Below are positions 1 to 8,665 of a stretch of DNA of 34,644 bases, in pieces. Positions within the stretch are counted from its first letter, which is position 1, and every line of letters starts with the position of its first letter. Source of the DNA: a virus; the IMG/VR virus record IMGVR_UViG_3300031965_000001, positions 71,267-105,910 of that record, one strand, 5' to 3'. A program made the position numbers and the translations under genes. The notes under the pieces were generated by a model. The model ran no database searches. It had not been told where the DNA came from and saw only the letters and a program-made list of their open reading frames with translations.

Positions 1-118
1 CTATATTCACAGCCTTCATTTTTCCATAAAGTTGTATTGTTCCTTCTCCATATTTTTTGTTCAGTGCCGAAATTACAGATGTCAAAGATTTTTGTTCCAC
101 AGATATATTTTACTTCTC

Positions 119-517
119 CTATGATCCAGAATCAATTTTTTTCTCCTTATCCTTAAAATACCCCATTGACATCGTACCCATTATATTCCCTGTTCTTCCT
201 ATCTTATATACTTTACCATCATCGGTAGCCCCTTCGATCATCCCAGTCTTTTCTAAAAACCACACTGCCACTCTTTCCTGATCTTCCTTGCCCATAGTTG
301 AATACTCAGAAAGCTCTTGACTCTTTATTGTCTCCCATGCCTCTATAAAAATTTTCATTGTGCTCTTTTCTTCATCTTTGGTTTCCTCAAGGGAGATTGC
401 ATGTTCAAAGTATTCACACAATTTATCTGGATGCAGATATGGAACTAGATCATAGGTTAGTATCGGATATTTCGTATCCTTTGAGAGCCTTGATGATAGG
501 TCTTTTCCTTTACCCAT
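119..517 (-). CDS. hypothetical protein
   Basis: 132-aa ORF, co-oriented with neighbours, CU-rich leader (ttccccagcaaaATG). Confidence 0.7.
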   Translation of the reverse strand: MGKGKDLSSRLSKDTKYPILTYDLVPYLHPDKLCEYFEHAISLEETKDEEKSTMKIFIEAWETIKSQELSEYSTMGKEDQERVAVWFLEKTGMIEGATDDGKVYKIGRTGNIMGTMSMGYFKDKEKKIDSGS

Positions 518-533
518 TTTGCTGGGGAAGGGA

Positions 534-725
534 TTACTCTACTCCAACATCAACCTCGATTCCAACGCCAGATCCTGCGGAAGCCGACCCTGCGGCGTCT
601 GCATCTACAGACGATCCAGATCCGACATCAACATCTACATCTGTTCCAATGTTCACATCCGCACCTCCACCAAGGGAGCAAGCAGCGAGAAGGACAGTGG
701 ACATGGCTACAATAAATTTCTTCAT
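534..725 (-). CDS. small lipoprotein, Gly/Ser/Val/Asp-rich (possible superinfection-exclusion type)
   Basis: MKK + hydrophobic stretch + lipobox LAAC; own TTGACT/TAAACT promoter at ~752-779; function is inference. Confidence 0.7.
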   Translation of the reverse strand: MKKFIVAMSTVLLAACSLGGGADVNIGTDVDVDVGSGSSVDADAAGSASAGSGVGIEVDVGVE

Positions 726-1005
726 AATTTAACGGGGAAAATATCAGGTATAGTTTATAGCACCGACCAGAAAAGTCAATTAAAAGAAAAATCTAACAGC
801 GACAACTACAACCCCCACTGTCAGGACGATAAAGATGAACTTTTTGTACTCTTCTGGTACGAATTCTTTTGTTGCCCAGAAAGCAGCTGCAAAACCGAGA
901 ATAGTAAGGATAACTTTTTCCATGAGATAATATGGGTTAGGATAGAAAGTCTAATATACACCACTTTAATAATAAATGCAACTGCCTACTGCTCCACGGC
1001 AAGCA

Positions 1006-1647
1006 TCATGGACCTATTAGCCTCCTACCCCTACAATCGTAGCAATCTTTCTCGAAATCTGGACACGGATCAATAGAAAGACCCTCTTTGATGAACTCTT
1101 CGAGTTGTTTGTTCCGCTTCTCCATAAAATCTATCTCACCTCTTATAGCCATATTTTCGTCAAGAAGATTCCTAACTACATTCCTACACTCAAGGCATTC
1201 TCCATCTGCAAACGCATCACAGGGTCCATATTTCGGGTGATTTGGGTACGCCCTCTCGCCTAACTCTACGACAAGAGCCTGATTAGCAATATTAGCACAC
1301 TGCACAGCTGTCAAAGACTGTGAAAGGTCTCCTATTTTTTTTAATGCACCCGTTGTTTTTCTTAAAAAAGCCAGCGCAGCTTTTAGCTCTTCATCATCTT
1401 CTAAATTCTCCTCAATGTTAAATTCTCTTCTCAATTCCTGAATCAGCATTCTTCTCTTTCGTGAATCCGCCTTATACACTTCTTTTTCTCTGTAGAGACG
1501 ATCTCCCTCTTCCTTCTCTTCATCAATCTTTTTTTCTAGTGATCTGATGTAAGAGAGAACCTGATCCTCTTGATTATAACTAAGATTGCACAGCCTTTTC
1601 GCCAAGAGCTTCTGTATATCTGCCGATGGTGATAGTTGGCTAGTCAT
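1006..1647 (-). CDS. hypothetical coiled-coil protein with two C-terminal Cys clusters
   Basis: ORF 1006..1728; start moved to ATG 1647, which overlaps the upstream stop; PCDAF..CLEC and PCPDF..CYDC motifs. Confidence 0.7.
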   Translation of the reverse strand: MTSQLSPSADIQKLLAKRLCNLSYNQEDQVLSYIRSLEKKIDEEKEEGDRLYREKEVYKADSRKRRMLIQELRREFNIEENLEDDEELKAALAFLRKTTGALKKIGDLSQSLTAVQCANIANQALVVELGERAYPNHPKYGPCDAFADGECLECRNVVRNLLDENMAIRGEIDFMEKRNKQLEEFIKEGLSIDPCPDFEKDCYDCRGRRLIGP

Positions 1648-1867
1648 GATTGAATAGCGTAAAAATGAAAGCCATAACACCAACGCCCCAACCAGCACCA
1701 ACAGCGGAGATAATAAATATTGGATCAAAATAATTTGTGCCCAATCCCATGAACGTAGCTAGCGCTCCTATCGGGACAAACACAACGAGCGATCCACCCG
1801 CAATAAGTAGAAAAACGATAATCCCGTTTACGAGCGCTATGCCGATGGTGACGAGAAAGATTTTCAT
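1640..1867 (-). CDS. small multi-pass membrane protein
   Basis: 75 aa, almost entirely hydrophobic, starts 3 nt after the upstream stop. Confidence 0.7.
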   Translation of the reverse strand: MKIFLVTIGIALVNGIIVFLLIAGGSLVVFVPIGALATFMGLGTNYFDPIFIISAVGAGWGVGVMAFIFTLFNHD

Positions 1868-1870
1868 AAA

Positions 1871-2911
1871 TTATGATTCAAGAGTAAGTAATTTATATTC
1901 CATTGCGGTAAGCCCGAAGCTCCAAGCCTGTGCCAAATCAGCATCGCCTTTTTCACAGATGTCTGGGGCGACCCCCTTGACATAACATCTACTTGTGGAA
2001 GGGCAAATATATTTCAAAAAGTAAGCAGTCTGAGAAAAGACATTATTTATTCTATATAGCTCATTCCCCCTTGTAGATTTATCCAACTTCTCCGCTTCCA
2101 GTTCCTTGAGCATGGTTTCTGGCTCCATGTATTTAATCGCAATCATTCTCTGCTCCATGTTTTCAAGAGACAATGCCTCTTTCGGGTCTATTGTTTTACT
2201 TACTATAGATTCCCATAAGTTCTTTTCAAAAGAAACACCATGAAGAAAATAAAATTCCTTTCCACCCTTCCATCGAATTGCTGGACTGGTATCGGAATGG
2301 AAACTATTTTCTTTGTCTATTTTCACAAGGGGGGTCGGGACGCAGTATAGTATATCTTCCCATTCCACCCTATATCCCATGCCATACTCCTTCGCTTGCA
2401 TAAGAAGTTCACAGTATTCCAGATAAATCAGATCATCTTTAGTGGGAAGATTATCTGTAGGGTTCTTACAGTATTCATACTCGAACAAATACCAATCGAA
2501 ATCGTAATCTAGTGCGCTACTTGCGCTCCTTGCGCTACTTGCGCTACTTGCGCTCCATGCGCTACTTGCGCTCCATGCGCTCCTTGCGCTACTTGCGCTA
2601 CTTTCGCTCCATGCGCTCCTTGCGCTACTTGCGCTACTTGCGCTCCATGCGCTACTTGCGCTCCATGCGCTACTTGCGCTACTTGCGCTCCATGCGCTAC
2701 TTGCGCTCCATGCGCTCCTTGCGCTCCCATTAAATTTCTTGTAAAAAATATCCTTGCACCATATTACCTTCTTCGGTCTCGGAAGATTGAATATATCATA
2801 CGTCTTCATCAAGCATTCCTCTGCTCCCTCTTTATTCAGGTCGAAATCCTCCCTCTCTACGTTCCTACACATACGATCCAAGAGCGATGCTGTATCTGGA
2901 TGGTAGTCCAT
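1871..2911 (-). CDS. DUF6745-like phage protein with SA(W/S/R) tripeptide repeat
   Basis: H(S)DTSPAIRWKGG..YFLHGV, N.EQRMIAI and CPST.R.Y...V..A..AQAWSFGL motifs; low-complexity insert. Confidence 0.75.
   Translation of the reverse strand: MDYHPDTASLLDRMCRNVEREDFDLNKEGAEECLMKTYDIFNLPRPKKVIWCKDIFYKKFNGSARSAWSASSAWSASSASSAWSASSAWSASSASSARSAWSESSASSARSAWSASSAWSASSASSARSASSALDYDFDWYLFEYEYCKNPTDNLPTKDDLIYLEYCELLMQAKEYGMGYRVEWEDILYCVPTPLVKIDKENSFHSDTSPAIRWKGGKEFYFLHGVSFEKNLWESIVSKTIDPKEALSLENMEQRMIAIKYMEPETMLKELEAEKLDKSTRGNELYRINNVFSQTAYFLKYICPSTSRCYVKGVAPDICEKGDADLAQAWSFGLTAMEYKLLTLES
2513..2728. repeat. tandem 9-bp repeat x24 (TGCGCTACT/TGCGCTCCA/TGCGCTCCT)
   Basis: read directly; encodes (SAS/SAW/SAR)24 on the minus strand with one SES variant. 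Confidence 0.97.
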
Positions 2912-2934
2912 AAAAATAGTGGGTAGCAAACTAA

Positions 2935-3246
2935 CTAATCCTGTACCTGTCTGATGCTTTCTAGTGCGTAGTCAAATTCGTTCTCAAACACCCTCTCATA
3001 CATTCCAGCTGGGACTTCTATTGTCTTGTGTTCCTCATGTTTCAGGGGGGCGGGGATGGTCAGAGACATATAAATTACTCCGTTGCTTTCCACCACCTTC
3101 ACCTCTTTAGAATAAAGAACATGGCGATGCCCAGTCTTTTCACCAAGAGCAAGCACAAGCTCGCCACTATGTTTTACTTCCTTGCCATCAGGCATAGAGG
3201 ATATAGGTCTCAGCAATAGGTCTCCGTGGCGAATGAAGTTACTCAT
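2935..3246 (-). CDS. conserved His-rich phage protein, usual partner of DUF6745
   Basis: RHGDLLL...LALGEKTGHRH...LKHEEHKTI.VPAG.Y motifs; ATG 3246 lies downstream of promoter 3279-3307. Confidence 0.75.
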   Translation of the reverse strand: MSNFIRHGDLLLRPISSMPDGKEVKHSGELVLALGEKTGHRHVLYSKEVKVVESNGVIYMSLTIPAPLKHEEHKTIEVPAGMYERVFENEFDYALESIRQVQD

Positions 3247-3274
3247 GGTGTGATCTGGGGAAGCGATTATATGG

Positions 3275-3309
3275 AAAATACTAGCATAGTTTTCTATGGA
3301 AATCAAGAG
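3275..3309 (-). promoter_or_regulatory. sigma70-type promoter, copy 1 of a 35-bp direct repeat
   Basis: TTGATT-N17-TAGTAT with extended TG; 34/35 identical to 4196-4230. Confidence 0.85.
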
Positions 3310-3848
3310 GGTAAAGCTGAGAGCAGCTTGTTCTTCTTTAGTAATATCCACATGTCGGAGGCTGCGTTGGCTAGTAATTGGTCAGAGAATCCTGCTGGGT
3401 TTGGCAAGTAGCTTTCCTTTGGTCTTTCCGTCCAGAGCATCGTGTAATTTATGCTCATAGAGCCATTCTTGTTTTTCCAAATATTAAGACAGTGCTTTAT
3501 CCCGTCTTTTTCGATTTGATAAGGCAGTCTCCCCAAAATTTCACACGATAACGGTGCTGCATATAATATATGTGTCTTTGGTGGTGTCAGGATAGGGCAG
3601 ATATTTCCATTACTAGCCGACATAAGGAACGGTTCATATTTTCTGCTCGTTACTTTATCCGTATACTCTACCCAAAACATACAGGCATTTTGTGGGTATC
3701 CAGCCCTATAAAGATCTTTAGCCTTCTCAAGAGAGCAGACTAGGTTTTCCGATGGGAAGTACATGGTTTGAGGGTCTAGTCCTTTTTCTCCTGTGGCTAG
3801 TGAAGATTCATCCATTTTATTCAATGTGAATTTTAGATTATTTACCAT
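3303..3848 (-). CDS. conserved hypothetical phage protein
   Basis: SLEKAKDL..AGYPQ...AAPLS.EIL..LP...ANAA.DMWI.L pattern seen in phage hypotheticals. Confidence 0.7.
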   Translation of the reverse strand: MVNNLKFTLNKMDESSLATGEKGLDPQTMYFPSENLVCSLEKAKDLYRAGYPQNACMFWVEYTDKVTSRKYEPFLMSASNGNICPILTPPKTHILYAAPLSCEILGRLPYQIEKDGIKHCLNIWKNKNGSMSINYTMLWTERPKESYLPNPAGFSDQLLANAASDMWILLKKNKLLSALPS

Positions 3849-4192
3849 GCGTGAGATATCAGGAATAGGCTCATATCTTCTGGACGTAATAAGTCCTTTA
3901 TAGATGGTAGTATTACCTCTACCCTAGAATATTCTTCACCAAGACTATAGTGAGCAGTACTAAGTTCTATTACTTCTCCCGAATTATTGGGATCAACTTC
4001 TGCGATAACATGTCCTATAAGATAATATTTACCACTCCATTGATCTCGGATAGCCACGACGTTTTTACTTTGGTCTACCTCTTCGTGGTAAAAATCTACG
4101 AGTTTTTCAAGTTTTTCTTTCATATCAGTAGAAATATCTTCTCTGAGTATTTTCCAACCAGCCATAAGATAGATTTTATATGATATGCTCAT
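3842..4192 (-). CDS. hypothetical protein (leaderless)
   Basis: 116 aa; 6-nt gap between -10 TAGTAT (4204-4199) and ATG. Confidence 0.75.
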   Translation of the reverse strand: MSISYKIYLMAGWKILREDISTDMKEKLEKLVDFYHEEVDQSKNVVAIRDQWSGKYYLIGHVIAEVDPNNSGEVIELSTAHYSLGEEYSRVEVILPSIKDLLRPEDMSLFLISHAW

Positions 4193-4195
4193 GCC

Positions 4196-4230
4196 AAAAT
4201 ACTAGCAGAGTTTTCTATGGAAATCAAGAG
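4196..4230 (-). promoter_or_regulatory. sigma70-type promoter, copy 2 of the 35-bp direct repeat
   Basis: TTGATT-N17-TAGTAT. Confidence 0.85.
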
Positions 4231-4267
4231 CAAACACAAAAATGTGTTATTCATGTATAGTGTATGT

Positions 4268-4537
4268 ATGTCTGATACACACACTTCATTGCCTCCTACG
4301 ACTACTGCCCAGGAGGATGTTACCAAGGCAGGGCAGCGTAGAATCAGTCTTATCTGGGAGGCAACACAATCTATTGTAGCCGTAATGATTACAGCAGCAA
4401 CAATCTATTCGTCAATTAATAAGATCGAAACTCAAGTATTGAGTAATGCGTTCTTTCTTATTGTGTCAATGTACTTTGTTAGAACAAATCACCAGAAAAT
4501 TGGCGGTGTGTCAAGAGATACAAGTATCATTAGATAG
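4268..4537 (+). CDS. two-TM membrane protein, holin-like
   Basis: two hydrophobic helices and a basic C-terminus; ATG 4268 follows TATAGT (4256-4261) after 6 nt; holin call is inference. Confidence 0.55.
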   Translation: MSDTHTSLPPTTTAQEDVTKAGQRRISLIWEATQSIVAVMITAATIYSSINKIETQVLSNAFFLIVSMYFVRTNHQKIGGVSRDTSIIR

Positions 4538-4585
4538 ATTGATAATCCGTTGATTTGCACTGGAAAAATGTGATAAAATCAACGC

Positions 4586-5200
4586 ATGAAAATACCAAGA
4601 TGGCAAACTCCAGAGCGCAAGGCATATATGAAAGCATGGTATTTGGACAATCCTCGTGATCGTCGAGCTTATAGCAAGGCTTACCATGAATCTCATAGGG
4701 AACATGAGCGAGCTTATCGTATGAAGAATAAGAAAAAACTATCAGCCCGAAAACGTGCCTATTATCAGGCTAACAGAGAGAGGATATTGGCATATTGTAA
4801 AAAATACGCTTCTGAAAACCGTGAACGAGTTTCAGCTTATCATCGTAGGCACTATGCAGCTAACAAAGAGAGAATAAAAAAGAACGTATCTTCTTATAGA
4901 AAAGCTAACCCTGAAAAGAAAATACACCTCGAAAATCGCCGCCGAACTCGAAAATTCAAAAATGGTGGGTCTCATACTTTAGAGCAACGACAGGCGAAAT
5001 TCGAGCTTCTTGGAAATGAGTGTTTTTTCTGCAATGAGAAGGGGAATCTCAGCATTGATCACGACATTCCCCTAAGCCGTGGTGGTGGCGACGGAATCGA
5101 CAACATACTCCCAGCCTGTCGCTCCTGTAACTCAAAGAAGAATAACAAAACAGCATCGGAATATATCGAATTCCTCTTCAGAGAAAACCAAAAAAGCTAA
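4586..5200 (+). CDS. HNH endonuclease with N-terminal Tyr/Arg/Lys helical repeats
   Basis: CFFC...DHDIPLSRGG.D.IDNILPACRSCNSKK. Confidence 0.92.
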   Translation: MKIPRWQTPERKAYMKAWYLDNPRDRRAYSKAYHESHREHERAYRMKNKKKLSARKRAYYQANRERILAYCKKYASENRERVSAYHRRHYAANKERIKKNVSSYRKANPEKKIHLENRRRTRKFKNGGSHTLEQRQAKFELLGNECFFCNEKGNLSIDHDIPLSRGGGDGIDNILPACRSCNSKKNNKTASEYIEFLFRENQKS

Positions 5201-5865
5201 AACAGCTTTCCCTGATTTAACATCCTTTTCCCAGAATCATACCTCTTAGACTCTCCCTTGGGGTACGGTTGCACTTTATATCGAAGACTGTCTTTGATTT
5301 TTTGGGAACACCCAACGAAATAGATATATCGGTGTTTTCTCGGTCGGTCTTTCAGATAAAAATCATCCCCGTATTTTTCTCTCATATACTGCGCCCTGTT
5401 TTCCTGACCCCTTGATTTATCAGCTATTGTTGCCCCATGTAAATGCTCCATTCCTTTAATTTTCCAGTCGGTTCTTTTTTCGCTCAGTCCAGTATAAATG
5501 AAATTGCACGCCTGATAGATATAGCCGATATGCCCTTGTTCTGTATCAGCATAAGAAACTATAATAGAGGGCTTCGAGAGCATTCTTAATGATCTCCCAA
5601 CGAGAAATGACGCGGAATTTTTCGGGGAATTTTCGTCCACAATTAGCCTATTGAGTTCCATTACATGTTTTGCGTACTCTTTTCCGCATACCCCTTTCAA
5701 AAGAGATGAAGAAGCTGGAGTTCCATAGCTCACAACTCCAGAAAGGAATCCGTCGATGTATAGACCAAATGCGTAAGAAATACTGGGTATCCTTTTTGCG
5801 TAATGTCTTTTGAGACACCATGTTTTCATCTGTTCGTTTGGTATTGGTAAAACTTCTTTGGACAT
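5197..5865 (-). CDS. Mom-family (GNAT-fold) DNA adenine modification protein
   Basis: HY...FGLY...GVVSYG.P...ELNRL...KNSASFLV.RSL...IVSYAD..QGH.GYIYQA.NF.YTG motifs. Confidence 0.82.
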   Translation of the reverse strand: MSKEVLPIPNEQMKTWCLKRHYAKRIPSISYAFGLYIDGFLSGVVSYGTPASSSLLKGVCGKEYAKHVMELNRLIVDENSPKNSASFLVGRSLRMLSKPSIIVSYADTEQGHIGYIYQACNFIYTGLSEKRTDWKIKGMEHLHGATIADKSRGQENRAQYMREKYGDDFYLKDRPRKHRYIYFVGCSQKIKDSLRYKVQPYPKGESKRYDSGKRMLNQGKLF

Positions 5866-5903
5866 ACACTTATACTATCACAGTTTTACACAAAAATAAA
5901 GTG

Positions 5904-5932
5904 TTGATTTCGGGGGAATGGTGAGGTATAGT
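5904..5932 (+). promoter_or_regulatory. sigma70-type promoter of the HNH-replication operon
   Basis: TTGATT-N17-TATAGT. Confidence 0.75.
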
Positions 5933-5940
5933 TATGGGGA

Positions 5941-6041
5941 TGCAGACACATTCATTTTTTATCGGCAATTCCGCGCTGGGTCGGGACATTTCAATGTGTC
6001 TGCAAACCTTTGTGTGCCCGATCTGGCGCAGAGTTGCTGAT
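5941..6041 (+). ncRNA. structured leader RNA with interleaved stems (A-B-A'-B')
   Basis: 5941-5952 pairs perfectly with 5993-6004; 5961-5985 pairs with 6017-6041 (24/25, five G-U). Confidence 0.7.
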
Positions 6042-6055
6042 TTTCTTTTAATCCA

Positions 6056-6532
6056 ATGGAAAGAGAATCGTTAACCATTAATGGCACAGATACCATTTTA
6101 GTAAGCAATGGATACAATTGTGTCTGGAAAAGCAATATGCCAATTAGGTGTTCAATTTGCAAAAAGTTTTCTCCTATAATGACTCAATATAAGTTTCCAG
6201 ACGAGGAGATCACAATATGTTTCCATAGGGATGCAAAATGTTTTAATGAGATAATCGAAAAGATGGATTTCGATGGTATTGATTATGTCCTATGCAGAGG
6301 CATTCATTGTCCAACAAACACCAAGGAAACCAGAAAAGTGGAAAGGGGATTAATGAGTTACAAGCTACGATGGGAAATTCTAAAAAGAGATAACTTCCTA
6401 TGCGGTCTCTGTGGAGGGAAGGACAGACTTGAGGTGGATCATATCATTCCAGTATCTAAAGGCGGTAAGACTGAAAAATCCAATCTCCGTACTCTTTGCT
6501 ACCCATGTAATCATGGGAAATCAGATGAATAA
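6056..6532 (+). CDS. HNH endonuclease
   Basis: LRWEILKRDNFLCGLCG...LEVDHIIPVSKGG....NLRTLCYPCNHGK. Confidence 0.92.
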   Translation: MERESLTINGTDTILVSNGYNCVWKSNMPIRCSICKKFSPIMTQYKFPDEEITICFHRDAKCFNEIIEKMDFDGIDYVLCRGIHCPTNTKETRKVERGLMSYKLRWEILKRDNFLCGLCGGKDRLEVDHIIPVSKGGKTEKSNLRTLCYPCNHGKSDE

Positions 6533-7397
6533 CGATGGTAATTACATCCCAGAAGGCTGCATCTTACTTGCCCGCAGGGTACAGAAGAGTGACATATGGA
6601 ATAAGCCAGCAGATTGGCTGAAAATATGGGTCTATATCTTGCAAGAGGTTAATCATAGCGACGATAAGCCTTTTCCTCGTGGGTCAAATTTCTTTAACTT
6701 TCGTGATGAGGCTAGACATTGTGGCGTGAAGTACTGGACATGGGTCAACTGTATACAGTGGCTAAAATCGACAAGACAGATAACAACACGAAAAACAACA
6801 CGCGGAGTGGTCGTTTCTATTGTAAACTATGAGCAATACCAGAATTTAGAAAACTACAAAAACAAGACAGAAAACAATACGAGCGACAAATCAGAAACAA
6901 GTCAGCAACAAGTTGGTACCAACACTATAAACAAGAATGAGAAGAATGGTAAGAATGTTAAGAATGACAATATATATATTCCAGAATTTGACGAATCTCT
7001 GGATTGTGGTGCAATAGGTAATGACCATGGTGAAACAGAGTCAACGCGCGGGCGCGAGGTTATGCCAGAAAAATCAAAAAAGTCAAACAAGGAAGAGGAA
7101 TCTGAAATGCTGGATTTCATGTTCAGAGAGTTTGAGAGGATATCCGATAGAAGGGCTTGCAAAAGAAAAATAAAAAATAGGTCATCCAAGCTTCTAGCGG
7201 CCATAAAGGATTTTGGGGAAGAGGATTTAAGAAAATCTTGGCAACACATGTCCGAAGACGCGTTCCTCAGAGGTGAAAACAAGAATGGAAAGGACTACAT
7301 GACAATCGACTATGCACTACGAACGGATAAAATAGAAGAACATCTGGAGCCACCAAAGAAATCTAATCAAAACCCCAATTTCGCTTTTATTAAATAA
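6525..7397 (+). CDS. phage replication initiator / replisome organizer
   Basis: G.ILLAR....SDIW.KP..WLKIW.YIL..VNH N-terminus, winged helix, I.NYE.YQ motif, low-complexity linker, helical C-domain ending IDYALR. Confidence 0.75.
   Translation: MNNDGNYIPEGCILLARRVQKSDIWNKPADWLKIWVYILQEVNHSDDKPFPRGSNFFNFRDEARHCGVKYWTWVNCIQWLKSTRQITTRKTTRGVVVSIVNYEQYQNLENYKNKTENNTSDKSETSQQQVGTNTINKNEKNGKNVKNDNIYIPEFDESLDCGAIGNDHGETESTRGREVMPEKSKKSNKEEESEMLDFMFREFERISDRRACKRKIKNRSSKLLAAIKDFGEEDLRKSWQHMSEDAFLRGENKNGKDYMTIDYALRTDKIEEHLEPPKKSNQNPNFAFIK
6933..6968 (+). repeat. 4 x 9-bp AAGAATGnn within the initiator gene (candidate origin iterons)
   Basis: copies at 6933, 6942, 6951, 6960, next to ACAAGACAGA/AACAACACG repeats; lambda-O-like placement is inference. 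Confidence 0.55.
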
Positions 7398-7412
7398 ATT
7401 CCCCCAGTCCCC

Positions 7413-7940
7413 ATGAGATTTCTCAGTTACATCAAATACTTCGATGGAAGTTTCCGAACCATTACGAACGAACAAGCCAGTGAGCTAAAAAAACACCAAA
7501 TGAATAATGTGAAATATGTCGCACTACCAGACTCACAAATCACGGTTTCTAATATTTCTCGTATCGAGAGCACACGATTCTTACTGGCTGAAATGGATGA
7601 AAGTGTTTTTTCAAGGTTCGGTCGCAAATTAACAGATATCCAGTGCATGAAACTCGGATTATTGCCGCTTACCGAGGAATTTTTAGAAGAATGTCTTGCA
7701 GAAATTCGTGATTCCCTTGCCAAAAAAACCAATGATCTTGCAGTTTTAGAGGAAAAAATAGCCGCTCATGAAGAGTCTAAAATCCCAGAGAACGAACGCC
7801 TTGAACCGCTGGCAGCTAAGCTAAGGGATAAGCAAAAAGTCGAATCTGAAATTGCAGAATTGAAAAATATTCTTGCGATGTACGACGAAAATTTGAAAAA
7901 ACCGCCAGTTTCAGACAAAAAAAAGACTCCAAAATCGTGA
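7413..7940 (+). CDS. hypothetical coiled-coil protein downstream of the initiator
   Basis: 175-aa ORF with CU-rich leader ttcccccagtccccATG. Confidence 0.75.
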   Translation: MRFLSYIKYFDGSFRTITNEQASELKKHQMNNVKYVALPDSQITVSNISRIESTRFLLAEMDESVFSRFGRKLTDIQCMKLGLLPLTEEFLEECLAEIRDSLAKKTNDLAVLEEKIAAHEESKIPENERLEPLAAKLRDKQKVESEIAELKNILAMYDENLKKPPVSDKKKTPKS

Positions 7941-7980
7941 ATCTCCGTTTCTCACCATAATTTTTCTCAAAAGTCCAAGC

Positions 7981-8074
7981 AACTCGCCGTATAATCCCCG
8001 AAAAAAATCAGATGGTACCAGATTACCTAAACGATATTCAAACTTCACCTACCCCCATCAGAATGGCGAGATTT
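7981..8074 (+). repeat. ~94-bp dispersed intergenic repeat, copy 1
   Basis: shares TTACCTAAACGATATTCAAAC, CCTACCCC and GAATGGCGAGATTT with 21208-21300. Confidence 0.85.
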
Positions 8075-8102
8075 GCCTTTTATTTTTTAGGGTGTTTCCC
8101 CC

Positions 8103-8555
8103 TCATTCACTTTCCGACCTCCCGACTTTTTCCACCTTGCAATTTGGAGGAGCACCAACAAGGTTCCATGTTTCACCATTTCGGCTTGCAGAGGCGTAAT
8201 AGTGAGCACTTATGGGACTATTAAACTCAAAATGGATTCTCGTCTCGAACCCGCGCTTCGCCAATCCCTCTGCAAAAATCTTGGCAGAACCCCCACATCT
8301 CACCTTGTTTTCGTGCGCTGAAAAGTCCCCCACAACAAAATCCCAACCTCCGACATCTTCCGAATCTTTGTATTCGTGGGAATTTAATATTTCCAAGCAC
8401 CGAGAAATTTCCTCTTCTGGAGAAAGGAGTGTTTCTGAAAACGCTGATTTATATTTTTCGCAATTTCTTTGGATATTCGCCACTTGGATTAGATGGGAAC
8501 CAACGATTCCCGATGACAGCAGAGCCAAGGGGTAAAGAGCCTTCTTGTAATCCAC
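8103..8555 (-). CDS. membrane-anchored transglutaminase-like (Cys-His) protein
   Basis: N-terminal hydrophobic segment; RCGGSAKIFAEGL.KRGF..R...AHYY.....GETW pattern. Confidence 0.55.
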   Translation of the reverse strand: MDYKKALYPLALLSSGIVGSHLIQVANIQRNCEKYKSAFSETLLSPEEEISRCLEILNSHEYKDSEDVGGWDFVVGDFSAHENKVRCGGSAKIFAEGLAKRGFETRIHFEFNSPISAHYYASASRNGETWNLVGAPPNCKVEKVGRSESE

Positions 8556-8665
8556 TGATTTAATTGTACCATAAATATACCATAGAAAAAAACCACACTT
8601 TCCCTATTGACAGAAATAAAAACATAAGCTAACCTTCGATGCTGTAATTTTTTCCAATCTTTATT

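Noticed and set aside
358-1076. + strand ORFs 358..732 and 519..1076
   Set aside because: Antisense to better-supported minus-strand genes and promoters
2509-2733. Alternative-frame ORFs (GAQVAH and RYLRSM repeats); possible CRISPR or DGR
   Set aside because: Open only because the 9-bp unit has no stops; there are no unique spacers, no template/variable pair and no reverse transcriptase
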